A DNA stretch of 64,000 nt from Ruditapes philippinarum (lineage: Eukaryota). This document shows, one piece after another, positions 12,983 through 26,310 of the stretch; position 1 is the first letter of the stretch, and the number at the start of each line of letters is the position of its first letter. The translations under genes and the position numbers were made by a program. A model generated the notes under the pieces. The model did no database searches. It worked only from the letters and a program-made list of their open reading frames with translations, and was not told where the DNA came from. The stretch covers positions 372,001 to 436,000 of the forward strand of contig NW_026859562.1 in the NCBI RefSeq assembly GCF_026571515.1, in the 5' to 3' direction.

Positions 12983-15900
12983 TTACATTCTAGGCATCAT
13001 ATAACCATATCTGTCAATATGTTCCGACGGAGGCTGTGAATGAAGTGGGCCAGATTCCACCTGCTGCATTGGTCTTGTTCCTGGGACTGACTTGGTCAGA
13101 TCATGGTCAAGTGTAGAATGATTGAGTGCATTAGTCATATCCTGTTGGGACGTTAGATGAGCTATTGAGCCAGGTACATCATGGTGCGAGGTGGGCTGTG
13201 TTAGCGCGTTCGACAACATAGCTGGCATGGACTGTGAGGGTTGATGTGATGTCATGATATGCTGTGATGGCGGAGATGAAGGTTGCTGGTGTGAATCTGT
13301 CTGAATGTTTGGTGGCTCATTTTTATGAGTTTGCATGTGTGTTCGCAGTAAAACATTCTGCTTGTATCCTTGTCCACAAATCTGTAAAATACAAATGAGC
13401 TGCGTCATGACAAAACCAACATAATGCGTTTGCAACCAGCATGGATCCAGACCAGCCTGCGCATCTGCGCAGTCTGATCAGGATCCATGCTGTTCGCTAT
13501 CAGTTTCTCTACTTGTAAAAGGGTTGTTAAGCGAACAGCATGGATCCTGATCAGACTGCACGGATGCGCAGGCTGGTCTGGATCCATGCTGGTCGCAAAC
13601 GCACTATGTTGGTTTTGTTGTGACACGGCTCAAATACAGTTTAACTCTCCAAAAATAATCCTTACTGACTGAAATTCAAAAATGGACATGTCAGTTTTAC
13701 AATTTTTGGAACTACATGTATACGTTAACAATTTTAAGATGTCAGTATGAAAATTTGAAGCTGATCAGCCAACAGTGTAAAGTATAGTCAGACTTTGTAG
13801 CAAGGGCTAACCATTGCTGATTTCTGCAGGTTAAGGGTTAAAAAAACCCATATTAATAAAGGGTTAAAATGCTAAATTTTTGGTTGTTGCAATTCTGCCA
13901 TACAGATATTTTACTCCAGGTACAAGTAGCTTCCTGGATTAACCATGATAGTGCTGTATGTTGTTGCTTCATTAATGCTTATACCCATGTTGTCTACACA
14001 GAGGCAAAGATTTTAACCATGACAAGCTGTTTTGATTGTACAATTAAATGCTGTTTGATTTTTTGAAGAACATACAAAGTTGCAACAACAAAACTCAGTA
14101 CATCTCTCTTGGAGACAAAAATATCTACTGAACAGCAAAACATCATTAAAATTATGAGAATGAAAGAACTGATCAGTAAAGTTAAGTTGTGATGCAAAAC
14201 ACTTTTCATAGTGCTAAATAAAAAGTTTTCTCTACATTCCAAGAATGAACAGATATAGCACTGGACGATCTATGTTAGTGATCTTCTACGACATTTGACC
14301 TTTAACTGATGAAAAACAATGCTTATTACAATATATAAGTAATATTTTATATGAGAGAAAATTTACATGGCATTTGTATGGTGTTTCTCCAGTGTGTTGT
14401 CTGATATGTGTCACCATGTTACACTTCTTTATAAACCCTTTACCACAATACTGACATGTAAACCTCTTCTCCTGATTGTGTATACGAATATGATCCTTCA
14501 ACGCATTGTGAGCTTTAAATTTCTGAAAATAACATTGGTATAAACATAAAATGTCCTGATGGGAAGAATTTTTCCAAGGTGATTGTTTTTACCCTTGACA
14601 TACTATATTTTTCCCCCAAAAATATTGTATTCTTTTCAATTTAGAATTGTGTTTTATTGAATTTACTGTTTTCAATGTCAAAATACTGTTATTTAGCAAA
14701 CACTTCATGTACGACTACCAGGCATGTTGATATGCAGACAGACTTATACTGGTAGAGTAGGTTCCTTATATCCACTATTAGTCATAGGTTAATTTGCAAC
14801 AAGTTTAACAGATACTATGATGACAAAATGATTATTTACATTGATACATTAATTAATACATAGAGGATATTTGTTTGTTTGTGTGTAAGATGAAATTTTA
14901 TTTCATCGAGTGGGCTTTAAAAACAGTATTCTCACGAGTGGCGTAGCCACGAGTGAGAATACTGTTTTTAAAGTTCACGAGATGAAATAAAATTAAATCT
15001 TACACAACAAACAAACAAATTTTCTTTTTATTTTATGCTAAAAAACAAGTTAAAACGAAATTTCCATAATATAAATGTAAATATTAAAATCTGTTTTCCC
15101 CATTGAGAGCCCCTTTTAGTCGGAATTTCTCATTAAAAACAAGAAGTCTTGAGCTGTAAAATAAGTCCGACAATCAACGTTAAATGACAGTGATATTATT
15201 TATTTTGTTAAAAAAATATGAATGATCGCTTGTTTTAATAATAAAAACAAACAATTCTTGTAGGAGAAAAATTCCAACCATCCATCCATATTTCTGTAAC
15301 TTACTGCGTATTTATATTAGACCTGGCTTTGTTAAATGTAAGCGGCAGCCATTTTTTAAAGTTGTGTATTTCACGGGAGGAAAATAATTGTGTTTTATTC
15401 AGAGGGATATCATTTGGATTTGTTAGTCATACACCTTTTTAAAAGAAAGAAAACATATTTGAGGATTGAAACAGACAAAAAATAAGTGTTGACAGATGTG
15501 AAAACATTCAGAAAAGGAGCTTGGAAAATGGAAAACTTGGAAGCTTGCTCGGAACGCTGGGTGGTTTAATTGTTCTACGAGGTGAGAGCTGTCATTGCTT
15601 TTCAATTTTTCATAAAGCGTACAGCAGTTATTGCTCGTAGGATACTTTAATGTGCCCAAATGTCATCAAGAGCAGTTTGCATGTGGAAGGAATGTATTTG
15701 TCAGACTGTAAAAATGAAACAAAAAATTTAGAGATGAAATTTGGTGATTGGAATTTGAATGAATAGAAGTAAGTTTTCTTCTTTTTATTACTTTTGACGT
15801 TTAAGTTGATTATCAATTTCAGCTTTGCGTTTTCTTTAAACAGCCTGATATTGTCAGAAGTGTCAGCAAAAATAAAATTGAGGTACCACATGGGGAAAAT

Positions 15901-18900
15901 CTTAAAAAAGTAGTTTCGTCATTGAAAAAAGTGAAATTATATTTTGATAATTTTCACTGTGAAATTATCAAATATAATTTTCACGGATAAATCAGTAATC
16001 CACTGAAAAGCATAAAATAAATGCAATAAATTACTGACAACTTATCAAAACCAGCTCTTGCATCATTTTTGTTGATCAACAATGAAAATGGGATGATTAT
16101 TAATTCTTTGGTTTTACTCCAAATTCAACATACTTTTGGTCATATCTTTGTGGTCAATCCACCAAACTGGCTGTCCAGTCATTTACTTAACTCTTTCAAG
16201 TTAACTAACAGTAATGACCAAATTCTCCAGAAATGACTGACGACTTATCCAACATGTTTGTCATAACCAAAAGTGAGAGACAAGTAAACATTAGACTCAG
16301 TGTTTGAGATCAAACATCACAGATAAATTACGCCTTGCTCAAGAATCAAACCAGCCACCCCTGCATTACAAATCCAATGCTCTCCGTATTTAGCTAAGCA
16401 ATTATGCTTGTAAGTAAATAATGTAATAAAACCTACCATTCCGCAGATATCACAGCTAAACTTCCTCTCTCCAGTATGTACCAACATATGTTTGGTAAGT
16501 GTATTAGAGTGCATGAACTTCATACCACATGTATGACAAACAAAAGGCTTCTCTCCTGTATGTTTTCTCATATGTACATTCAAATTTGTGTTACGTGGAA
16601 ATCTTTTCCCACAAATTTCACAAGGGAATGGTCTGATATCTGAAACAGACAAAATGTTTCAATGTATCTTAAATTTAAACATTTACCGGTACACTCCTGA
16701 ATTTGTGTATTGGGCTTGCTTCACTTTTAATTGGGAAAAGATCATAAGTAAAAACAGGATTGCAGCATTCAGATGCTCAATTTGATCCACAATGAGTATA
16801 GAGCTTGTTTGGGTAAATACTGATCATATAGACTTGAAATTACGATTGTAAGCTTTCAAACATTTAAAGCTGCATGCCTCCAGATGAGTCAAAATATTTC
16901 GATAAAATCAAACGTAAAATGGTTCAAGATTCCAGTAATATTTTACATGTTATGTGCAGTTTGTGACTGATTTTTAAGCATTTACAACTATATTTCTACT
17001 GCGTTACTAATGCAGTAAGGGCTATTTATGCATATTTTGACCACTTTTTGGTAATTTACATGGCTTGTAAGTGCCATTGATATTATGTAAATGGCTTCCT
17101 TTGGGTTATTTCACAATATTATACATTTTCAAAATTTTCTTGAAAATTAGCATGAATCTGGAGGCGTGTTGCTTTTAATTTATTATCATTAAAATCAGGA
17201 TTTTTTTTTTAAATAAAATTAGTTTATGTCAAGAGAAAACAAAACTTCTCACATCCACTGTATTCAAACAAACTATAACTATAGAACTAGCTTTTATCTT
17301 TAATCTGAAACTAATACAAGTAAATAGACCAATGGCCAGCATTTATCAATAAAAACTAGAACTATCACTAAATGTGATTAATACCCCCACAAGACTGCTT
17401 CGAAAATGAGGATGTTACTAGTAACAGAATACCTTGTAAAAGAATTGAAATATAGAGTTATGGTTGTGGGCAATTAAAGATAGTTGTGGTTCTTGTATGT
17501 TGCATTTCCTTTCAATGTGGTTGGCCTTTGATGAAGTTTTATTGAGTCCAGAAAGACAAGGAAAAGGAACAAAGGGCAATAACTCTATAAATACTAAGAT
17601 GGAGTTATAGTTCTTGTGCACTGCACTTCCTCTTATTGTGCTTGACCATGGTATGAAGTTGTTTTGAATTCCAACCAGTACCTTTTAAGTTATGCTCCGG
17701 ACAAGGAAAAGTATCAAAGGGCAGTAACTCTGTATTTTGTCAAAACGGAGTTATGGCTCTTGTGCACTGCACATCCTTTTAATGTCCTTGACAACTGTAT
17801 GAAGTTGTATTGAATTCCAAACAGTAGTTTTCAAGTTATGCTCTGGACAAGGGAAAGTAACAAAGGACAATAACTCTGTAATTAGTCAAGATGGAGTTAT
17901 GGTTCTTGTGCACTGCACTTCCTCTCAATGTGCTTGACCATTGTTTGAAGTTATATTGAATTCCAACTAGTAGTTTTCAAGTTATGCTCCGGACAAAAAA
18001 GCAATGGAAAAATAACAATGGGCAGTAACTCTGTAATTAGTCAAGACGGAGTTATGGTTCTTGTGCACTGCACTACCGCTGATTGTGCTTGACCATTGTA
18101 TGAAGCTGTTTTGAATTCCAAACAATAGTTTTCATGTCATGCTCTGGACAAGGAATAGTAACAAAGGGCAGTAACTCTGTAATAAGTCAAGATGGAATTT
18201 TGGTTCTTGAGCACTGCACTTCCTCTCAATGTGCTTGACCATTGTATGAAGTTATAATGAATTTTCACAATAAGTCTTTAAGTTATGGTTCAGACAAAAG
18301 AATGCAATGGAAAAGTAACAAAGGGCAATAACTCTGTAATTTCTTTAGATAGAGTTATGGTTCTTGTGCAATGCACTTCTCCTTATTGTGTTTGACAATT
18401 GTATGAAGTTGTTTTTAATTCCAACCAGTAGTTTTCAAGTTATGCCCCGGACAAGGAAAAGTAACAAAGGGCAATAACTCTGTAATTAGTCAAGATAGAA
18501 TTATGGTTCTTGTGCACTGCACTTCCTCTCAATGTACTTGACCATTGTATGTAGTTATATTGAATTCCAACCATTAGTCTTCAAGTTATGCTCCGGACAT
18601 GGAAAATGCAACGGACATCTGGACCGACCAACCGACCGACCACCGGGTGACTCCTATATACCCGGTCCCCCCCCCACCCCAACTTCGTTTTTGGGGGTAT
18701 AATAAATCAGCAACAAAAAACAGATAACACCGTCTCATTGTCTTTAACAGTTAAATCTTATACTGTAAGTTTTTATTTCCCTTTTGGAATCCTTAATAAA
18801 ACATTATATGATTTGTTACTTACCTAAACAAATTTTTATATGACCTTTCAAATTCTGACGGCACTTAAACACACGCCCACAGTTTTCACACATGTGATCA

Positions 18901-21085
18901 AAATTAGGGTTATGTCGTCTGCTAACATGTAAACTCAACTGACTCCTACTCCTAAAAACAATAAAATCAAATACGTATGTTAAAAGATCACATTTTGATT
19001 AATTTGAAAAAAATAATCAGACAAAGTTTTATGTAAATTAAAAAGTCTTTTCCATTTCAAAACTACAAATTTTCATATACCTAATTATGAACCAAGTCAC
19101 AAAGAAAAATAAATTTCAATATGTGATATATGATGAATAAAATCATATACCAATAAATAATTGTCAATACATGTTTTGTTTTATTTGGCTTCTTCAGTTG
19201 ACTTATAAATAACAAAGGAAATACAGTCATATACACTCATTTAACAAACAAGATCTTAAGGAATTTCAAATTTCAATTTCATCATTGAAAAAGCTACTCA
19301 AATTCAAACAGAACAAATAGAAAACCTACCGTAAAATTCCTATTAAATGCCCCCGGGGGCTAAACATTTTCCAAAAGGGGGGCTATTATTACAACACGTT
19401 TTTCCTAAATCCAAAAATCATTGAAAATACATTTAGTGTAACATGGGTTGGTAATAACATTAAAATGTGTTAAGATTTTAAAGTTCATGTGATACATTTT
19501 TGTGTTTACTATGAAATAAAATGGATTCTGAAGGATTTGAATAAAATTACGGATTTATTAAAGAGTTCACCACTCATGAGCAGATTTTTTTCCATATCAA
19601 AAAGCCTGGGGGGGGGCTTTTATTAGGGGAGGGGCGTTTATTAGGAATTTTACGGTATACATAAATAGATTTACCTAAAGTAAGTTCCGCAATCTTTGCA
19701 TTCAAACATTTTTTCACCTGTATGCATAGTTATGTGATCTTGAAGATTTTGTGTTGATGACAAATGTTTTTTACATATATGACACTCATACTTCTCACGA
19801 AGATGAATTTTCCGATGTTTCGATATTTCTGCTTCAGTAACAAACGCTTCATCACAATATCTACATTTATAATTCTTTTCTAGAGGATGTTCTTGAAGGC
19901 AATGGCGTTTTACATGTAAGCTGTTTTGGAAATACTTGTTACAATATTTACATTGTATAGGAGGTTTTTTTGTTTCTAAATAATCTTCCTTCTTGACCTT
20001 TCTTTTTCTATTTTTTATTGCATCTTTTTTATTTGACTTTAATATCTGTTTTTTCCTTGCTCCTTTTTGTTTTCTCTCCTTCACCTTATTCTTTAATGAT
20101 TTAGAATTTAAACTTTTCATATTCTTTATCATGTTTTTAACTAATTTGTTGGTGTTGTCAATATCTTTCTGACCCTCAGAGGATACATATTCATCATCAT
20201 TAGAATCCGGGAACCAAGGATTGGATCCCTCATCTGTATCTCCTGAATAAGGATCATCCGGTGTCAATATTGGAACTTTCACATCATTGTCTAAACCTTC
20301 ATTTTTGGAAATTTCACCATTATCAACATTTAGCTGGGACTCAGATGTCTCTACCTTAACAGTAACAGACACCTCATCATCTCCTACCTCGCTTTCCATT
20401 TCTGTGTAATCCTGTCTGTTCAAGGTATCTGTCAGAATTTCCTCAGTTTGAGTCTCTGTGCATACAAGGTTAAATGTCTTACCAACACACTCCAAATCAG
20501 TTTGAGTTTCATGGCAAGTGGTGTCATATTTCGGGAAAGCTGTACGTGTACGATGATCATAATGGTACGAGCCTCCAGGTGTGTGCAGCTGAAGATGTTC
20601 ATGTAGCTGCCAAATCATTGGATACAAAGCAGAACATCCTCCACAGTGAAACATGCAGTCAACACCATAAGGTAATGAGGATCTTAGATCTGTAAAGTAT
20701 GTTAAAATAATGAAAAAAATGTCATATTACATGTACTGTACAAGTGGTTAATTTTGCGGCGTGGAAATATTTGTGAATTGAAATTATTCGCAGATATTTG
20801 ATCACGCAAAAATAATTCCTTCTAAGGCAAACTTTCTTCTATCATTTGAACACGTTGAAGAAGAAATAGAATATATATACATGTAGCAGTAAAAATATTC
20901 AAATATATATATAACATGGCATCATATATAATTTTTGATGGCCACGCTAAAAGTAAGTACACTTATTTATGTTTACAGAATAAAAGTGTATATATACCTT
21001 GAGCTACTTCATTCTGATAAGCTGTTCTTGGTGCTGGTATTGGAAGCCTCCAATCTAATCTATATCCAGCTTGACTTGGATCCAT
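12983..21085 (-). CDS. C2H2 zinc-finger protein A (~662 aa; 1 N-terminal finger plus a 10-finger array)
   Basis: Coding exons (minus): 21085-20998, 20689-19675, 18951-18824, 16639-16437, 14522-14367, 13381-12983. All GT-AG, phases 1,2,1,0,0, total 1989 nt, open. HTGEKPF linkers, acidic and Lys-rich central region. The start may lie further upstream because the frame is open to the acceptor at 21099. Confidence 0.9.
13396..13632. mobile_element. Palindromic MITE (~237 bp hairpin)
   Basis: Arms tgagc..catgacaaaaccaacata..ccagcatggatccagaccagcctgcgca mirrored by tgcgcaggctggtctggatccatgctgg..tatgttggttttg..gctca. A second copy lies at 36261-36448. Confidence 0.85.
14858..16020. mobile_element. 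Non-autonomous element with a ~150-bp terminal hairpin and short subterminal inverted repeats
   Basis: Hairpin 14871-15020 centred on gagtggcgtagccacgag. tttattttatgct (15027) is inverted as agcataaaataaa (16009). Confidence 0.6.
16868..17173. mobile_element. TTAA-flanked MITE (Kolobok-like termini)
   Basis: ttaa|agctgcatgcctccagat ... atctggaggcgtgttgct|t ttaa. Confidence 0.6.
17354..18705 (+). mobile_element. Helentron/HINE-like non-autonomous element carrying ~7 tandem ~146-bp repeats
   Basis: Begins aactagaac. Repeated core aaagggcaataactctgtaattagtcaagatggagttatggttcttgtgcactgcac, then a (gacc)n microsatellite and a terminal cccc..ttcg..ggggta hairpin. Confidence 0.75.
19329..19655. 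mobile_element. Tc1/mariner-type MITE
   Basis: TA|ccgtaaaattcctattaaatgcccc ... ggggcgtttattaggaattttacgg|TA. Confidence 0.8.
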
Positions 21086-21486
21086 TAATGCTGCCTTCAC
21101 TAAAGAAAATATATATAATGCTTAAAATTGAGCACAAAATTAATCTAATTAAACAAATTGGTGTCAATCTGCCACCAAATTACGCCTGTCAAATTAAAAT
21201 GCTCAGTGTTATAATAGTAAGCACTTGGATCACAATCTCTCAATGCATGATGACTGAATGATCAGTACTGTACTCACATTAAAAAATATATTAACTGACC
21301 TATGACCTATGTGTATGACCTTAAACTTGGTCAAATTGACCTGAATAGACTCACTGCGGGAATAAAAATATTTTGGTTTATTCCAAGTTAATCAGGGAGT
21401 ACAAACCCTAACAGTCACAGCTCAATATGATGACTAATCTATTGTGTCCAGTAGTGCTCTGTGAAGCTATAACTGTTTGTTTTTTT

Positions 21487-22574
21487 TAGGGATGGCAACA
21501 AATACCAAAATCAATACTCGAGTACTCGGTCATTGTTCCGATCGAGTACTCGGTTACTCGGATAATTTCCAACGATATTTAAAGTTTTATCACACAATAT
21601 TAACACCCCCTGCATGCTACTTTCGTTTTCTATTTTAATTCATAGAATTCGTAACTATAAATAGAACTGCAAGAAATACATATATAAATAAAAACATAAG
21701 AAATGTCAATGACAGCATTAATCATATACCTACAAATTTTTCTCCTTAAAATACAGGATGAACTTGAAGCGCAAATATGCTTCAACGAATAGAAAATTCC
21801 ATATTATGTTAGTGACAAATGCGGTACCTGCCAGACTATTTTTGACGTTGGTTCTGATCTTAGCTGTGTATAAACGTAGCATTTGAAAACGGAAACCAAA
21901 ATTATAAAAGGCGTGGCCGCTTTTGCAAAAATTACGTATTCATCCGTCGGTCATAAATTTATTTCTTGACAGCTACATTTCTGTCATTTTCTGAATTTTT
22001 TTATAGAAGTGTAGTATAATGAAAATCATTTATAATTTAGACGAAAATGTATATAATAAAAGGAAAATTATGTTGCAGTAGCTTTTACAGCCTATGCATT
22101 TTTCTACTCACAATGTTGGAAAATTGATATTTCGCTCGACCTTCGGTCTCGCGAGATATCAATTTTTCCACCGCTGCTCGTAGCAAAATACAAAGCTACA
22201 ACATAATAGTCCATAACTATTTACGTTTTTTATAATAAATAAGTTTCGACTACAAACTGTCTAATATTTAAAGGTGATTAAATATCATAAGACGACCGAA
22301 TGCATAAACGACACAGGACTGTGTTCAATCCCATACGCGTGTCAAACTGCTGATCGCCTCGTTTTTACAATATCATTTTCACACCTCTGCAAGGATGTTT
22401 TGATTGAATTTTACAAGTATTTATACATATACGAATTTCCGAACTAATCTTTTTAAATCGCAAAAAAAGTAGAAATTAAATATTTTTTCCGAGTAATCGA
22501 ATATCAATTTTGATAACCGATATTCGGACGTTCGACCGAGTACTCGGTTAAACGGTTACACGTTGCCATCCCTA
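21487..22574. mobile_element. hAT-like MITE with 8-bp TSD, inserted in a SINE tail
   Basis: TIR tagggatggcaac / gttgccatcccta; TSD gttttttt on both sides; subterminal cgagtactcg palindromes; internal hairpin element at ~22077-22220. Confidence 0.8.
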
Positions 22575-22790
22575 GTTTTTTTTTGTTTCATTTTACGCCT
22601 TTTCCCAACAGTATTTCAGTCATATAATAGGCGGGTAGTTTCCTAACCATCGTTTCTGGAGAGTTACACCAGTACTAGACTACCTTCCTCCGTGCTAAAC
22701 TACCAAAGCATCTCCCGGGGATCAAACCCACGCCAGAGAGGTAACTGGATTAGAAGTCATCGACTCTAACCCCTCGACCACGGAGGCGGT
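22575..22790 (-). mobile_element. tRNA-derived SINE, family 1 (tail continues at 21474-21486)
   Basis: A box tggtcgagggg, B box ggtttgatccc; TSD agctataa at 21465 and 22792. Confidence 0.85.
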
Positions 22791-23331
22791 CAGCTATAAT
22801 AATAACTGTAAAAGCTTTTTTGTACCAGGGAATAATTTTGGGAAAACACACATTAGTCAAGTTCCAGATAACATCTATTTTGTTCGGATTTTTTTTTTTG
22901 TTATGCATAGGTCTTTACATAACACACCACACTAGTCTTGTCAACAAAATATATATCCTTGCCTAACATAAACTACAATCAAATACATTCAAATATGTGT
23001 AAAACAATCATCATGTTAATATGCATTTATAGGTCAATAGCTGATTGTATAAATAGTCATTTTAGTCAAGTACATTTATACAGTACAACAATAATAGAAC
23101 TTTTATGCTTAATAAGTAATTGTAGTCATTTATTAACATCATTAGTCTTTGTCAATGTGCATCTCAAAAGATATTGTGGGTTAGTTATTTGTTGAGGTTT
23201 TTTACAAATTCTATTTCTTTTATGTGTTATCATTTAAAATGCCTTTGTTGAATGCATATAGTTACTAGTCCTTTGTTAATTGTGTTATCAAATCAGAATT
23301 AGCTTATGTTATGTTATTATTGTTTTGTTTA

Positions 23332-25064
23332 AAACCAGGGATTTTTTTTGGCTTATTTTATAGCCGTTATTGGGTCATATTCCCAATTGAAAATAGTATA
23401 TTTTTTTCCCAATCCACAGGAAAATATTCCCAATTGAAAGTTACAAAAATATAAATATTGAACAAGAAACATGGCAATGCCACGAAACCAGGTTTTCAAT
23501 TATCACCATTGTAGATAAATATGTTGTAGTTGAAATACAAATACAAGCAACAAACACTGTAACTATGTGCAATGTAAGTCATGATTAATGAATTTTCTAT
23601 TTTTAGTAACTGTAACCTTGACCCTAGGAGGCCAAAAAGCCATCCCAAATGAGGTCTTCATAAAAACTTGCTTTACCACAAATTTCATAAAAATATCTTA
23701 TTCCAAACAAGTTATTGACCGACAACCTATTTTCTATTTTTAGTAACAGTGACCTGACTGGAAACAGATTTTCTATTTTTAGCAACAATGACCATGACTC
23801 TACAGGGCCCAAAAGCAGGCAGATGAGCTGGCAGGCATGCAACAACCTAGATAGTTTCTGTTTTATAACTAAATAAAAATTGTTGTGATTAATAGGATAT
23901 ATTACACTAATAATTAAATTTTATGGAAAAACAAAGGGCCATAATAAGGTAAAAGGTAAAAACTTATCCAATCATAAAACCCTGACAATACACAGCAGGG
24001 CACTTGAAGATAAAGCTAATCTGTGAAAATTTGAACAAAATCCTTTGAGAAATGTAGAAGCAGTTGGGCAACAGAAGAAATTGTTCACTATATACTCTAT
24101 ATAAGGGAAAAAATCAAAGGGCCATAATTAAGTCAAAAATTATCCAATCACAAAAACCCAACAATATGCATCAGGGCACTAGATGACAAAGCCTCTGTGA
24201 AAGTTTGAACAAAATCACTTGAGAAATGTAGGAGGAGTTGCGCACAGAAGAAATTATTCACTATATATTCTGTATAAGGAAAAAAAACAAAGGGCCATAA
24301 TTAGGTCAAAAATTATCCAATCACAAAACCCCAACAGTATGCCTCAGGACACTTGATGACAAAGCTTCTGTGAAAGTTTGAACAAAATCCTTTGAGAAAT
24401 GTAGGAGGAGTTGCGCACAGAAGAAATTGTTCACTATATATTCTGTATAAGGAAAAAAAACAAAGGGCCATAATTAGGTCAAAAATTATCCAATCACAAA
24501 ACCCCAACAGTATGCATCAGGACACTTGATGACAAAGCTTCTGTGAAAGTTTGAACAAAATCCTTTGAGAAATTTAGGAGAAGTTGCGCACAGAAGAAAT
24601 TGTTCACTATATATTCTATATAAGGGAAAAAAACAAAGGGCCATAATTAGGTCAAATGTTATCCAATCACAAAACCCTGACAATATGCACCAGGGCACTT
24701 GATGACAAAGCTTCTGTGAAAGTTTGGTCAAAATCCGTTGAGAAATGTAGGAGGAGTTGCGCACAGAAGAAATTGTTTACGCCCGCCCGCCCGCCGACAT
24801 ACCTCAATCTAATAACCAGATTTTTCCTTCGGAAAACCTGGGTTAATAAAGAATTCTAAAATCTTTGAAAATAAGGGCTTCTTCACTGTAATAGTGTTTA
24901 AATGTTTGAAGAAGCCATCCTAGGCAGTGATTGCTTGCATACATTTAATCACTGCAAAATTTCAGTCATGCATTTTTCCCCAATTTTTAACAAAATATCG
25001 CTGAAATTCCCAATTCCATGGGTATGGGTTATGTTCCCAAAATCCTGGAAAAAATCCCTGGTTT
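23332..25064. mobile_element. TIR element containing a nested HINE-like element (23461-24848) with ~5 tandem 173-bp repeats
   Basis: TIR aaaccagggattttt / aaaaatccctggttt. Repeat period 173 (agggccataatt at 24118, 24291, 24464). (gccc)n microsatellite and ttttccttcggaaaa hairpin at the 3' end. Confidence 0.7.
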
Positions 25065-25157
25065 ATGTACATTTAATGTACTGATATTTTATGTAATTGT
25101 ATGCCTGAGAAGGCCCATGATTGGTAATAAAACATTATTCTATTCTATTCTATTCTA
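25065..25157 (+). mobile_element. LINE 3' tail fragment
   Basis: aataaa followed by a (tattc)n tail, typical of non-LTR element 3' ends. Confidence 0.45.
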
Positions 25158-25334
25158 AACTAGGCATAAAATAAACTCGATTGGTGATACACAGTTACTG
25201 CCTATAATTGACTGCAATTTACACATTTACAATGTATGTGACATGATATGCAGCTCCATTGGACATACAGCCTATGTCATTCACTGGTGTGAAGGATGTT
25301 CGAGCAAATATGTAGAAATCTGTTATTGGCCTTC

Positions 25335-26310
25335 CTGACCTTGAACCACTGACCCCTAACTCAATTGAAAGGAAAAACATCTTCCAACAAAATATGAAAA
25401 ACATCATTCCATAAATAAAGGTTATATGGGCAAAAGTGGAAAAAAATCTATTTTCAGCACTGGTGACCTTGACCCAACTGACCCCTAACTCAATCCAAAG
25501 GAAGAAGACCATGCATGTTATCATCCTACCAAATACAAAAAAAAACATGTCAAAAAATAATGGCTGTATAAACAAATGCCTAGAAATCTATTTTTTTGCA
25601 TCCTTGACCCACTGACCCCTACCTCAATCAAAAAAATATATCAATATCATGTAAGTTTTCTCCCTACCAACTATGAAATACACCTGTCAATAAAAAAAAC
25701 TATGTGAAAGTGAAAAAATCTATTTTTAGCACTGATGACCTTGACCCACTGACCCCAACTCCATCCAAAGGAAGAATACCATGCAAGGTATCTTCCTACC
25801 AAATATGAAATACATTTGTCAGTAAATAAAGGCTGTATGAGCAAAAGTGTAAAAACCTATTTTTAACACTGGTGACCTTGACCCAACTGACCCCTAACTC
25901 CATCTGAAGAAAAACAAGAGCCGGTTGAACTGGGTGATGCTCCTCGAATATGTTTTGGACAAAGAAAAGTATACCTCTTGTAGTGCCAGAGTTATGTCCC
26001 AGACAAAGTTCAAAGTGCAAAAATGAACAAATGGCAATAACTCCAAAATTAGGCAAGACAGAGTTACAGTTCTTTTGACCTGCACTTCTGCTCAATTAGA
26101 TCTAATCTATCTACCTACAAAGTTTCATATTGATATCTCTTATAGTTTAAGATTTATATCTAGGACAAAGTTTAAAATATAAATATGAACAAAGGGCAAT
26201 AACTCCAAAATTTAACAAAGGGTAATAACTCCAAAATTACGCAAGACAGAGTTACGGTTCTTCTGCACTGCATATCTACAAAATAAGATCTGTCTACCTA
26301 CAAGGTTTCA
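25335..26310. repeat. Degenerate satellite/HINE fragments (gaccttgacccactgacccc repeats, then aaagggcaataactcc repeats)
   Basis: Recurrent tgaccttgaccca(a)ctgacccctaactc at 25335, 25464, 25603, 25735 and 25873. Confidence 0.55.

Noticed and set aside
22700-22790. tRNA gene
   Set aside because: A and B boxes are present, but the sequence continues into a shared SINE body with tail and TSD, and no full cloverleaf is evident.
25219-25325. Possible extra upstream exon of zinc-finger gene A
   Set aside because: An acceptor is plausible, but no donor gives the phase 1 needed to join 21099. It may be a UTR exon but is unsupported.
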